A stretch of DNA of 64,000 nucleotides from a virus (taxonomy: Duplodnaviria > Caudoviricetes), in IMG/VR virus record IMGVR_UViG_3300031994_000020; one strand, 5' to 3'. The notes under the pieces were generated by a model. The model worked only from the letters and a program-made list of their open reading frames with translations. It was not told the DNA's origin and searched no databases. This document shows, one piece after another, positions 44,901-56,896 of this stretch (its first letter is position 1; each line of letters opens with the position of its first letter). The position numbers and the translations under genes are program-made.

Positions 44901-47369
44901 AATAATATAGAAAATTCTTTAAGAAGTAGTAAAGAATTTGTTAATACAAGGACTAATATGTTAAATGCTTTAAATGATGCTTTAACAGATTTATATACTT
45001 TTAATGAAGAATTTAAAAAGATTTTTCCTTCTGGTAATGAAAATATTTTTAATTATGAAGTAACCAAGGAAGAAATTGAAAATAAGAAAAATGAATTAAG
45101 AGTTTTAGGTAAAAAAGATACGCCTGCAGAGCGTCCTTTTATAAATAAATTAAACACTATTACATTTAATGCACAGCAAATTTCTAAAAAGATAGCTTAT
45201 GATTTAAATATGTTAATAGATGCTTATAATGAAGATATTGAAAGATTTAATGATAATTGTAATATTTTTAATGACTTTAATGTTAAAGCAAGTTATTATG
45301 GGTAGAAAAATTTTAAGGGCGGAATGTATGAATATTGTAATAATAATTCATAGTCAGATTCTCTTAAAGAAAGACCTGAGTACTTAAAATTACAAAATAC
45401 ATTAAATCAATTATTATTAAATTTGAGTAACGATAATGATGAAGCTTTAATTTATACTTATTCAGATATTAAAGATAAAGTTTTTGATGAATTTGATAAG
45501 TTAATAGAACAATACATGGATACTCCTGCTTTAGCCCCTATTGATAAAGAAAAAAGTGATTTAGAAGAAGCAAATGTAGCTTTAAATTCTGAATTAAATT
45601 CTTATAAAAAAGAACTTGATATTGCAGAGCATAGCTCTTCAGTTGTTCATTTAAAACCTATTATAGTTACAATGAATACTCATTCAATGAGTTATTTAAA
45701 TGATTAGGATGGTAATAAATTATATACTGGAGGAGATGATGGTGAATACTTATTTGCTCCTCAAGTAGGCGCTGGTAAGAAAGAAAGTGACGGATCTTTT
45801 ACAGGAATAACTATTGGTGTTAAAGCAACTGATAAGAGTCCTAATGAAAAACAAATTGGTTTATTTGGTTTATCTAAAGGTGAGCAAAGCATCTTTTTGA
45901 GTGCGGAAGATGGACATGCTGAATTTGGTAAATCTGGTTCAGGTCAAATAAAAATATTACCTAATGATCCAACAAATGAAATGGCTGCTATTATTGAAGG
46001 TGGTAATTATTCTACTTCTAAAAAAGAAGGTATGCAAATAGATTTATCAAAGCCAACAATTAAGTTTGGTAGTGGTAATTTTGAAGTTAGTAAAGAAGGT
46101 TGGATAAAAGCTAAAGGCGGTGGGTCAATAGCTGATTAGACTATTGGAGATAATATTTTAAGTAGTGCAGGTGTGGAGCTTAACTCTTCAGAAAGTTCTG
46201 TATAGGTTAAATCTGCGAGAGGGAAAATATATTCTGGTTCTCATAACGCTATAGATAATCCTAGTGTTGGCTTTTAGTTATCTAATAATGGATTATCAAT
46301 TGGTTCTAAATTTAAAGCAACTGATACCGGAACCGTTTAGGTTGGAACTGGTGCTTATAATGCTTCTTCTGAAACCGCGACTGATAATAAATGTTAGGCT
46401 ATTAATGGAAATACAGATGGCTCTTATATTGGTTTTAAAACAAATAAAGCATATTTTAAACGTGATGAGCATAATGTTTTAATAGGAATTGATACTAACT
46501 CTGCAACAGGACATGCTAACTCAGGAGAGGTATATATTGGTACTGATGGTTTTAGATTAGGCACTAATTTTGCTGTTGATTCTAATGGTGATTTATTTGG
46601 TTCTAGTGTTACTGTTACAGCCGGTCACATTGGAGATTAGAGTATTAGTAATGGAGAAATAGTAGGTGAGACTTCAAGCGGAGGCGGAACAATAACTTTA
46701 AATGCAAAAGGTTCCATAATAGCTAAAAAAGGAAAAACTACTAAATAGATAATTGATAGAGATGGTTCAGTTACTTTTACAAACGGAACTATTGCAGGGT
46801 AGACTTTAAATGAAGCATCTGGAAACATTTCTGCTAGTTTGACTGCAGGAAATATGACTTTAAGATCAGATGGCTATATCGGGGGAGGTTCCGATTATGC
46901 TTAGTATATTGATAATAAAGGTAATGCTTCTTTTAATAAAATTACTGCAAATGGAATTTTTTCAGGTTCAGCAGATGGAACTTTTTCAGGTTCAGCATCT
47001 GGTACTTTTTCAGGCTCAGCAACTGGAACTTTAACTGGAAATGGAACGAATCCTTTAGGAGGAACTTGTGTTGATCAAATAAAATCTTTATCAGTAGGAC
47101 AATTAACAGCTCAAGGAGTTTTGGTTGGCGCTGCTGGAAGTACACACGCTATTACAATGAAAAATGGAAAAATATCAGCAGATAGTATTGATGTTGATAG
47201 TATCATAGCGGCCATTGGTAAATTAGAATATCTTGAAGTAAGAGGTTTACGAGTAGGATCAACATCATCTACAGGAAGTTTTTATTTTAATGGTTATAAT
47301 GTATCTAGAAGTGAAAAGGCATCTACTAGTTATACTCATGTACTTTCAACACTAGCGAGTCCAGGATAA
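41937..47369 (+). CDS. large tail tip/baseplate protein, ~1810 aa (about 30 TAG)
   Basis: 8 track ORFs in one frame; repeated GxIxx[TAG]xI motifs; ends TAA TAA. Confidence 0.8.
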
Positions 47370-47402
47370 TAAATTAATGCATAATAAAAAGGAGATAAAA
47401 GG

Positions 47403-47579
47403 ATGGAAGAATTAAAACAACAATTACTTGATATTTGTAACGCTAGCGGACTCCCGCTTGAGGCGATTTTATTCGTGACCAAGGATCTGTATCGCGATGT
47501 TGAGGACACACTCCGCCGCGTCAAAACAGGTCTTTTAGTAAAAGATAATAATGAAGAAGAAAAGGAGACAGAAGAATGA
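47403..47579 (+). CDS. hypothetical 58-aa protein
   Basis: AGGAG RBS, ATGA overlap with the next gene. Confidence 0.65.
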   Translation: MEELKQQLLDICNASGLPLEAILFVTKDLYRDVEDTLRRVKTGLLVKDNNEEEKETEE

Positions 47580-47869
47580 CTATAACATTATTTTTAACAC
47601 TCGTGACTATTTTGTCAATTATAAGTTCTGCAATAACCGAAGCAATAAAGAAAGTATTTGGTGATCAGCAGCCTACATTAGTAGACTTAGTTCTTTCTGT
47701 TGTTACCGGAATAGGAGGAGGGTTTGCTGCATATATTCTTATGGGAATTAATTTTACTCCCACAACAATTATATGTTTAATACTTTTACCGCTTGCTATC
47801 TGGTTATGTTCTACCCTTGGTTACGATAAAGTAAAAGAAATTATAGAACAGATAGGTATGAAATCATAA
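47576..47869 (+). CDS. putative holin
   Basis: 97 aa with three hydrophobic segments and a charged C-terminus. Confidence 0.6.
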   Translation: MTITLFLTLVTILSIISSAITEAIKKVFGDQQPTLVDLVLSVVTGIGGGFAAYILMGINFTPTTIICLILLPLAIWLCSTLGYDKVKEIIEQIGMKS

Positions 47870-47876
47870 TTTAATT

Positions 47877-47907
47877 TGGGTTGGCTTTGTGCCAACCCAT
47901 TTTTTTT
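47877..47907 (+). terminator. intrinsic terminator
   Basis: TGGGTTGGC/GCCAACCCA + T run. Confidence 0.75.
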
Positions 47908-47986
47908 GGTCTAAAGTCTTTTATTCTCTTTGCTTAAAAATTATATATATAGAATAAGGAAATCCACTTTTAAGGAGGATGAAAGG

Positions 47987-48481
47987 ATGTTAGATTTATT
48001 AGCGAGTTTTTCTGTTTCGCAGATACTCTCTTTTTCTATATTAGGAGTGCTTGCTTTAAAAGGTTTTTTAGATATAATAGATTTTTTTAAAGGTAAGTAT
48101 CAAGAAAAATTTAATAGTGATTATAAGAAGCTTAAAAATCAAGAGGACATTGATGAACAGCTTCAATTGGCAAAAGATAACCATGAAGAAATATTAAAAA
48201 TATGCAAAGCTTTTGATGATAAACTAGATACCGTTGTTGGCTCAGTTGATGAATTAAAAAGCATTGTTGATGAATTAACTCAATCTGATATGCACGATAT
48301 AAAACAATATATAGTTCGTGAATATCATTATTTTGCAGAAGAAAGAAAATGGATAGATGATTATAGTTTGGATTGTATTTTAATTAGATACAATGATTAT
48401 AAGAAAGAAGGCGGAAATTCTTATATAGATACGCTAGTAGAAGAATTAAAAAAATTACCTAAATGTCCGCCTAAAAATTGA
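47987..48481 (+). CDS. membrane-anchored coiled-coil protein (holin/antiholin-like)
   Basis: N-terminal TM, C-terminal Y..Y...GGNS motif. Confidence 0.55.
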   Translation: MLDLLASFSVSQILSFSILGVLALKGFLDIIDFFKGKYQEKFNSDYKKLKNQEDIDEQLQLAKDNHEEILKICKAFDDKLDTVVGSVDELKSIVDELTQSDMHDIKQYIVREYHYFAEERKWIDDYSLDCILIRYNDYKKEGGNSYIDTLVEELKKLPKCPPKN

Positions 48482-48510
48482 TTAATTTGAGATAAAAGGA
48501 GGGCTTTGAA

Positions 48511-51219
48511 ATGGCGTCAAATGTGTTATATCCTCCGATTCTTGATAGTTATATGCCGGCCTTCCGCGCCTCTGATGGAGAATGTAGAATATATTTTTCT
48601 TTATCAAAATATAACTCTCAATCGGATTTTAAAAACCTTCATGTTTCTATTGTTAAACAAAAGAATAATGCAAGAGTTGTGAATAATAAAAAGAATGATG
48701 GTGGAGAAGGAAGATATAGAAGTACTGGTATTATTTTAAATGTAAATTATAATCGAGATTATTCCCAAAGTAATCTATATTATTTTACTCTTAAAAATGA
48801 TGATTTATTATCTGGTTTTGAAGTAGGTGAAATTTATAAGGTACAAGTAAGATTATCTGGTGCAACTTATAATGGAGCGCAAACAACAGAAGGTCAGTCA
48901 TCTTAGTTAAATAAAAATGCTTCTTTATTTTCAGAGTAGTCTACTGTTTGTATTATAAAAGCAATAGGTGATATGAATGTTAAAGTTGGCATTTTAAATA
49001 ATGGAAATCCTATTAATAATGAAAGTAATTCTACTATTGAAACTGCTACATTATCTTATAGTACGTTAGATATTTTTGGGAGTGTTAAATTTGTAAAAGG
49101 GGGATTAAAAGCAGAAGATAATGAAATATTATATATGTATAATATTAAATTATTTGATGTTTTAGAAAATAAATATGTAGAAGAAAGCGGCAAACAATAT
49201 GCTGGTGAAGTGCTAAATATAAATGAATTTAGGTATATTTTTAAAACAGAATTAAAAGATACCAAAGAATATAGATTAGATTTTTATTTTACTACTAATA
49301 ATTATTATGAGTATTCTTGTAGTTATAATTTTGTTGTTGAATTAGACACAGCAGAAAAATGTAGTATAGAAATCAAAACAGTTGAAAGTGATAATCTTAA
49401 TATTTTAGATTCTACAATTTCATTAGAACAGGAAGAGGGGAGAATAGGTTTAAAACTTGTTGGAGAGAATCCGGTATCTACAAATATATGTATTAGACGT
49501 TCTGACTCTAAAAGTAATTTTTCTATTTAGGAAGATATAAAAATATTTCCTATTATATCAACAATTCCTAGTAGCATACCTATAATATAGGATTATACTA
49601 TTGAAAGTGGAGTATTTTATAAATATGGTGTTCAAACAATAAATGAAAGTAATGAAAGAAGCGAATTAAATATTAATACTATTCCTGCTATGAGAGATTT
49701 TGAATACTCTTATCTTTTAGGAGAAGATAATAAGCAGTTAAAGTTAAAATATAATAATATAATGAATAGTTATAAAATACAACTTATGGAAAGTAAAATA
49801 GATCCTATAGGAGGCGCATATCCTATTATTACTCGTAATGCAGCATTAAATTATAGGATCTTTCCTATTGTTGGTACTATTTCATTTTCAATGGATGAAA
49901 ATCATTTGTTCTGTGATAGATCTATTCTTTATGAAAATGGAGGCGAAGATTTATAGATTAAGCCAAGAAAATTTAAGCCTACGGGAGATGATCAGCATAG
50001 TGAAAATACAGATATTGACTCTCCTAAATTTTCAGAAGAATATGAAAATAAACCAACATATCAAGGTAGCGTTACAAAAGATATTCAAGAACAATATGAT
50101 TATATATATGAAAGAGCTTTTAGAGAAAAAGTTTTAGAGTTTTTACATGATGGTAAACCTAAATTATTTAAATCTCCAACAGAAGGAAATATAATAGTTA
50201 GATTAACAGATATTAATTGTACTCCTAACAAAACATTAGATAGAATGATTTATGATTTTACATCTAATGGCAATGAAATTGCAGAAGCTACTTTAGAAAA
50301 TTATATTAAATATAATTTTTTAACAATAGGAGAAATTAATACTAATTTAAGTAAAGAAGAAGTTAAAATAGGTCAAGTTTCTGCTACTTTTGAAATGGGG
50401 AAAAATATTCTTCGAAGCATTTATGATAAATATGATGGCCATGGAGAAAATATCGGTGGTCAATTAAGAACTTTATTAAAAGTGTATAATGTAAGAATAA
50501 CAATTGAAGATATTCCATTAAGGTATAATAATTTAATAGGTAATAAAATTCTTTTAAATGGAGAGTCTGAAATAGCTATTTTAGCTCCTCAAAGAATATT
50601 TGATTTAGATTCAAGAATATTTTTTGATAGTGATGATTGTAGTGTTTTGGAAGGAAATACAGGAATTTCTTTTATAGATGGAGAAGATGATAGACCAGAA
50701 GGTACAATAGGGACTGTGAAAGCAGTTATTGACTTTCTTTATGAGTTAGAGGAAAAGCCTTAGACAGGAAAGAAAATCTTATCTAAAAAGAGTAAAAAAG
50801 GAATGGGGCAGTTATTTGGGCATTATTCTTCAGGATATTCTATTTCAGGAGAAATTTCTAGAAGATATTATTTTGAATCGGATAATATGTTTAGAAGATT
50901 AAATGCTATACACTCTATTGAAATTCAAGGTTCTCCGGGGTTGGTTTTTTCTATTAAAGATGACAAAGATCCAAGTGGTCTTGAACCAGAACATTATTGG
51001 CATGAAATAAATGATACTGGAATATTGGTTTTTTATGAAATTGAAGATATTAAAGAAATAAAATTTTATGGAATTAGAAATAAACTAACAGGGGCAGTTG
51101 ATACTATAAAAGAAGGTACTACTGAGCCTGTTTCTGCAGATATGTGTATTACATATTAGTATAATTCTGTAAGCGGTAGATATGATACTTCATCAAGAGA
51201 AAAAGGAGAAAGTGAATGA
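48511..51219 (+). CDS. tail/baseplate protein, ~902 aa (7 TAG)
   Basis: 5 track ORFs in one frame; FSE[W]STVC; readthrough frame ends in a TGA overlapping the next ATG (51216-51219). Confidence 0.8.
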
Positions 51220-53336
51220 ATAATTTAAGCTACTTAAAAGATAAAGATTTTTTAAGGAAGCTGGATAATGATAATAATAAGTTTTATTGGGTTAAGATAG
51301 AAGTTCTAGATGCGGAAGAGCGTACTATCAGTGCGATTCAAGGTAAAGTTCAAAGCGGATCATCAATCAATATTGATGGTAACTCTTCTGTAAGAAGAAC
51401 TTGTAATATATCTTTTATAGCAGAAGAGGCTGAAAACGATTTAACTAATGTAGATAATTTATTATCAGTAAATAAAAAAATAAGAATTATGGAAGGTATT
51501 GAGAATACTATAAATGAGAATTACGATCCCATAATCTGGTTCCCGCAAGGGATATATGTAATTGTTCAGCCTAGTATAAATCATTCTTCTAATGGTTGTA
51601 TAATTAATTTAAGTTGTAAAGATAAAATGTGTTTATTAAATGGAGAATGTGGAGGTAATTTACCTACCTCAATAACTTTTGATAGTTATGACCAAATTAT
51701 TGGTGAGGTTGTATGTCAAGGACATCCCGCAAATGACTCTACAATAATTCCTAATAATTATACAATATATTATGATAAAACAAATAATATTTATTATTCT
51801 TAGACCAAAGAGTCTGGATAGAAAAAGGAAAAGAATGGTTCTGCTATAGGTACAAGAGTTTCAGTAAAACAAAGAATTTATGATATTATCCGGACTCTTG
51901 TTTGTAATTATGGTGGAGAGTCTTTAAGCAAAATTTTTATTAATGATGTTCCACTTGATTTAAAACAAATAGTAAGATAGACAGGTTCAGAACCTTTATA
52001 TTATAAAACAGAAGGTAGTGTATATACTACAGACGAATCAAAGAAAATAAATGATGAATAGATTACTTTTGAATATGGTGATGATATTGGATATGTATAT
52101 ACTGATTTTACATATCCTGGTTCTCTTGTATCTAGTATAGGAGAAAATGTTTGTAGTGTATTAGATAAAATAAAAGCTACTTTGGGTAATTATGAATATT
52201 TTTATGATACAGAAGGTAATTTTTATTTTCAACAAATTAGAAATTATCTTAATAATTCTTATGATCCTGTAAATACATTTAGATTAGATAATCATGGGAA
52301 AATAAGAAAAGTAGAAACCACATCTAATGGATTGTGTATTTTAGATAATTTAAATTATGAAGTTGATTTTCATAATGGAAATAAAACTGTTTATTCTTTT
52401 GTTGAAGGTAGTGGGTTAATTACTTCTTATAATAATAATCCATCTTATACTAATTTAAAGAATGATTATCATATATAGGGTAAAACTAGTGATGGTTATG
52501 CCATTCATTATCATTTAGCTATAAAAGAGAAACCTTTAGAAAGTGATTTTAAAACTTATAATGTTATATTTTTGAAAAATAATAAAGGAGAATCTGCGGG
52601 TATTAGATTAGCTAATGATGATGAGGCAGGAGCAATATCTTATAAACCATCAGATTAGCGAGCTGAATTATATTTAAGAGGTCTTACTAAATAGAAAAAT
52701 CAAATTAGACCTGATGTATATGAACAAGAACTTCTTGATTTATTTGATAGTATATATGATTTTCAAGTAGAACAAAAAGATAAAGATAATAATATAATAT
52801 ATGGTGCATTTAAAACTGATATGGCATATAATCCAAATGCTTTAAAATATTTTTTTGATTACCTTGAACCTATTGATAAAATGGCGGATTGTTCTGTTGA
52901 TTTAATAGGAACAAGAATACAGTCTTATCAACAAGATAAAATAAGAAAATTATATAATACAGATATCCCTAATGTTATTATAATAGACATGGGAATGGAT
53001 AGTAAATCAAGAACTGAGCTTTAGAATAGATGCGATGCGGAAGGTCAACCTAGAGCCAATGTTACTTCAGAGATATATTCTAAAATAGCAATAGGTACAA
53101 TAGGATATACCGCACAGGAGACAATGAGAGACTTGCTTTATCAACATACTAATTATAATGAAAGTATTTCTATTCAAAGTATTCCTATATATTATTTAGA
53201 TGTTAATAATAGAATTTCTGTTTATGATAAAAAGTCAGGTATTTATGGAGATTATATTATAAAATCTATTTCATTGCCTTTAAATGCAGAAGGTACTATG
53301 AGTATTTCTGCGATAAAGGCTTTAGATAGAATATGA
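51216..53336 (+). CDS. baseplate hub / tail-associated protein, ~706 aa (multiple TAG)
   Basis: G.INIDG.S.VRR.C, DKMC.LNG..GG, IPIYYLDVN..I motifs; 4 track ORFs in frame. Confidence 0.75.
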
Positions 53337-53358
53337 GAGATAAAGGAGGTAATTAAAA

Positions 53359-54222
53359 GTGAGTTTTTATTTAAAGCAATATTATAAAGAAGCAGAAGAT
53401 GATGAAAATACTTATATGACATATATAGGTAACACTGGAGTAGCAACAATAATACAAAGAGATCAGACTGAAGATCCTTATGGAGGATTATTCCCTAATC
53501 CTTGCGTAAGATTAACTGGAGAAACTTTTAGTACAGATCAAACATATTATTTTCATGGGAAAATATATAGATTAGCAAATCCTCAAGAATTTACTGTAAA
53601 ATTAGCTAATTATGAAAATTATAGACATTCAAGTGTTTCTAACTATGCAAACCAATATCTTAGAATTTATAATATAAATCCTTTTAAAAGCACTGATAAT
53701 ATTAATGATAAATAGTATGATATTGAATTTATTTTTACTCCTGTAGCAGATGGCTATGATACAATTGTTTTTGAATTAACAAGAAGTACTGAAGATTTAG
53801 ATCCTAGCCAAACTAGAGTTCCTATTATTGGATATGAGGAATTAAGTCTTATTAATAATTCAAAAGCAACCATAGTTGATTCAGCAGCTACTTCTATAGT
53901 TAAATTAGGAATTCAAGCACGCCCTAGTTTTATAATATGTTTAAATGGAGAAGGAATTCGTGTTCCTTATAGTGGAATTTAGGAATTAAGAGAAGGAAGT
54001 GTTCCTATAGATTTTATTTCATTAGTAGCTCCCGCACAAGAAAAAGTAGATGCCACCACAGGAAAGTCAGCTATGGATTTATAGATGGAAGATGTAGAAA
54101 AAAAAGTTGAAGGTGTAGGTAGTAATTGCTTTTTTAATGTAAATGTAGGATTTTACCCTAAAACAAGACCTATGAGTGCTGTTGCTATTGATTATTTATA
54201 TACAAATGAACAAAAACAATAA
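53359..54222 (+). CDS. hypothetical baseplate-region protein (3 TAG)
   Basis: readthrough to TAA 54220, just before the next RBS. Confidence 0.7.
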
Positions 54223-54242
54223 GGAAGTGGAGGTTAATAAAT

Positions 54243-56165
54243 ATGGAAAGTTTTTATGGCGGAAGACCTGGCGCTTCCTTTGTAATTGTTAAACAATATG
54301 ATGGAATAAATATTCCAGATAAAAGTTTAAATAAATATAAATATTTTGCAGTTGATGCAGATGAAGTACCTTATTCAAGAACAGTAGGTTCTGGGAATCA
54401 TGAATTAATAGAAAGAACTGGAGAAAATTATAATCTTGATGTATTATAGAAAGCGTTACCTCTAAATGGAGCTACAATAGAAGAAACTATAGATATAGCA
54501 GATCCAAGTCAAAGTTATCGAGTATCAGTTCCTTTAGAATATCAAGAAGGTATGGTTCAAGATTTTTCAAGAGGGGCTGAAACAACAGGTAAAGTTAATT
54601 ATGGTGAATATGTTATAATTGACACTTTTGATAAAAATAACCCGGACAATGGTAAAGTTTTCCGCAGAGGTATAAATACAGGAGATCTTGGCGGGGCAGA
54701 ATATATTGGTCAAATAGTTGGTCCTCAAGGTGGAGTATCAGATATAGATTTAGTTCAATAGGATGATGTCCCTGAAGGCGCGGAAAGTGGATATTAGAGT
54801 GCATCTCAGGATAAACATAGTCTTATTCCAGGTTAGGATGGAACAAATTATAATGATAAAATTTATTATAAATATAAAGATTTTAAAGATAATAATGGTG
54901 TTATAAGTACTTTTAAAGTAGGATTTCAAATCCCTTATTTAGTACATGAATTTACAGGTGCTATAAGAAGTCCTTATAACAATGGAGTTCCAATTGATGA
55001 CACTTTTAATTTAATAGAAAAGATTGAAGAAGAAGAAGAGCATCCTTTTTATCAGGGCTTTAAAATTAATGTTCCTCAAGGTTTTAAAGGCGATACTCCA
55101 AGTAATTTTGAAATTTTCCCTACTGCTGTTAATGAAGCTCCTTATTAGAATAATGTACAATTAAGCGGCCCTGCTTCTGGAATTATCACTGGACTTATAA
55201 AAATAGATACTTATTATGATACTAAAACAGAATATTCATCTGCCGCAATTGTAGGTTCTCTTGAAGAAGGAAGTCCTATATTAGGTTATGTGTCATTAAA
55301 TCAACCAGAAGATAATAAATATTTGTATGAATATCATTTAGGATGTTTATTAACTAGATATGATGAACATGAAGCGGGAGATTCTAAATAGATTGATTTA
55401 GGACCTTATAGAGATATTGATAGCGTTAATATAAGCGCGGCAGGTGTAATTACAGTTAACTACACATGCGGAAGCCCGCAGACGCTTGATACTGTTATTG
55501 AATATCCTATTTCATTAACTGTTGGACCTGATGGTTCAATGACAACTTTATTTAATACTGGAAAATCTACTACTGTTACTAAATTAGTTAAATAGTTAAC
55601 TAACATAACAATTGAAAATAGTAGTCCTGAAGGAGTAGGTAATGATTATTTTAAAGCCTATTATAATGATGGTAGCAGTCAATATATTCAAAAGGCAACT
55701 GAAAATTATCCTATAAATTTTATTGATAAAGCTGCTGTTAATAGTAGTAATGGTCAGTTATTAGTTCGTTATACAAATCCCGCAAGTCGTGGTACGGTGC
55801 AATATGAAAATTATAATGACTAGAAAGAAGTAGGATTAGTAAAGGGGGACCCAGGTGGAGTCAGAATAGCTAAACAAGCTTCTAGTTATAGAGAATTAAT
55901 TGATCCTTTGACAGGTAAGGGAATCGCGCCTGAGAATTTTAGTACTCCTCCAGATTACAGTCGCGTTGGATGGTGTGCTACAGTTGAGAACCCTGGTTCA
56001 ACAAATCCCGCACTTTATTGGTATGATTATAATGATTCAACTTGGCGTATTCTTGCTTCGGTGGTTTCATCAACCGCAAATCCTGTAACAATTATAGGTT
56101 TTGATTATAACGCTTTGGCAGTTAATGGTGTTCAACTTATTGCTTCTCAAAGAAAATCTGTATAA
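54243..56165 (+). CDS. putative tail fibre/baseplate protein, ~640 aa (multiple TAG)
   Basis: 3 track ORFs in frame; G.IVGP.G and P.G.KGD motifs. Confidence 0.7.
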
Positions 56166-56171
56166 TAATTT

Positions 56172-56201
56172 TTGACCCATTCTTTTGAATGGGTCAATTT
56201 T
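56172..56201 (+). terminator. intrinsic terminator
   Basis: TTGACCCATTC/GAATGGGTCAA + T run. Confidence 0.7.
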
Positions 56202-56274
56202 CTTTTATTTAATATTAATAAAAATTATATTATATGATAAGATATTTTGGAGAAAAAGGAGGTATAAAATGTGA

Positions 56275-56880
56275 ATGAAAAGTAATAATGTTATATCTCA
56301 ATTAATTATAAAAGGAGATTCTGAACATAGTATTGAAGATGCTGTGTATAATATAGGTCCTGAATCAAAATATATTAGAGGTTTGTATCGTTCTAATAAT
56401 AATAATTTTGATGAATATTATTTATTAGGAACTGATACTATATCAACTTATTAGACGGAAGAAAGAGAAATAGATGGTGTTCCTATTGTTGTTAATGTAG
56501 AAGAAATAAAATTTTGTAGAGAAAGTGATGCTAGTAATTATTATGTTTTAAAGAAAGAGAAGTAGATTGAAAAGAATAAAAATATTGAATTAGTATCAGA
56601 TAATGACGTTTTAACTTTTCAATTTAATAATGAAGATGATATGCAATATATATCAGAATCTCAATCTATTAAACAAATAAATAATGTTATAGATATTTAT
56701 GTAGAAGATGAAGATATAAATATTATTGGCGATGTATAGCATGAGAATTAGTTCCTTTCTTTTGTTGAAAATGAAGGGATAGTTATTCAAGTTCTTCAAA
56801 AAGAAATAATATCTTCTACTAGAAAAATAGATGGAATAATAAAAACTTTTACTACAGAATCTATTTCAGATCCGAATTGA
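56275..56880 (+). CDS. hypothetical protein (4 TAG), paralog of 59441-60004; absent from the ORF track
   Basis: NNVISQL.IK...Y.IGPE.KY...L..SNN.N shared with the paralog. Confidence 0.8.
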
Positions 56881-56896
56881 GAGAAAGGAGTTAAAA

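Noticed and set aside
19414-51219. TGA also recoded
   Set aside because: TGA terminates genes at ATGA overlaps (19417, 47579, 51219) and ends the MCP gene before its terminator.
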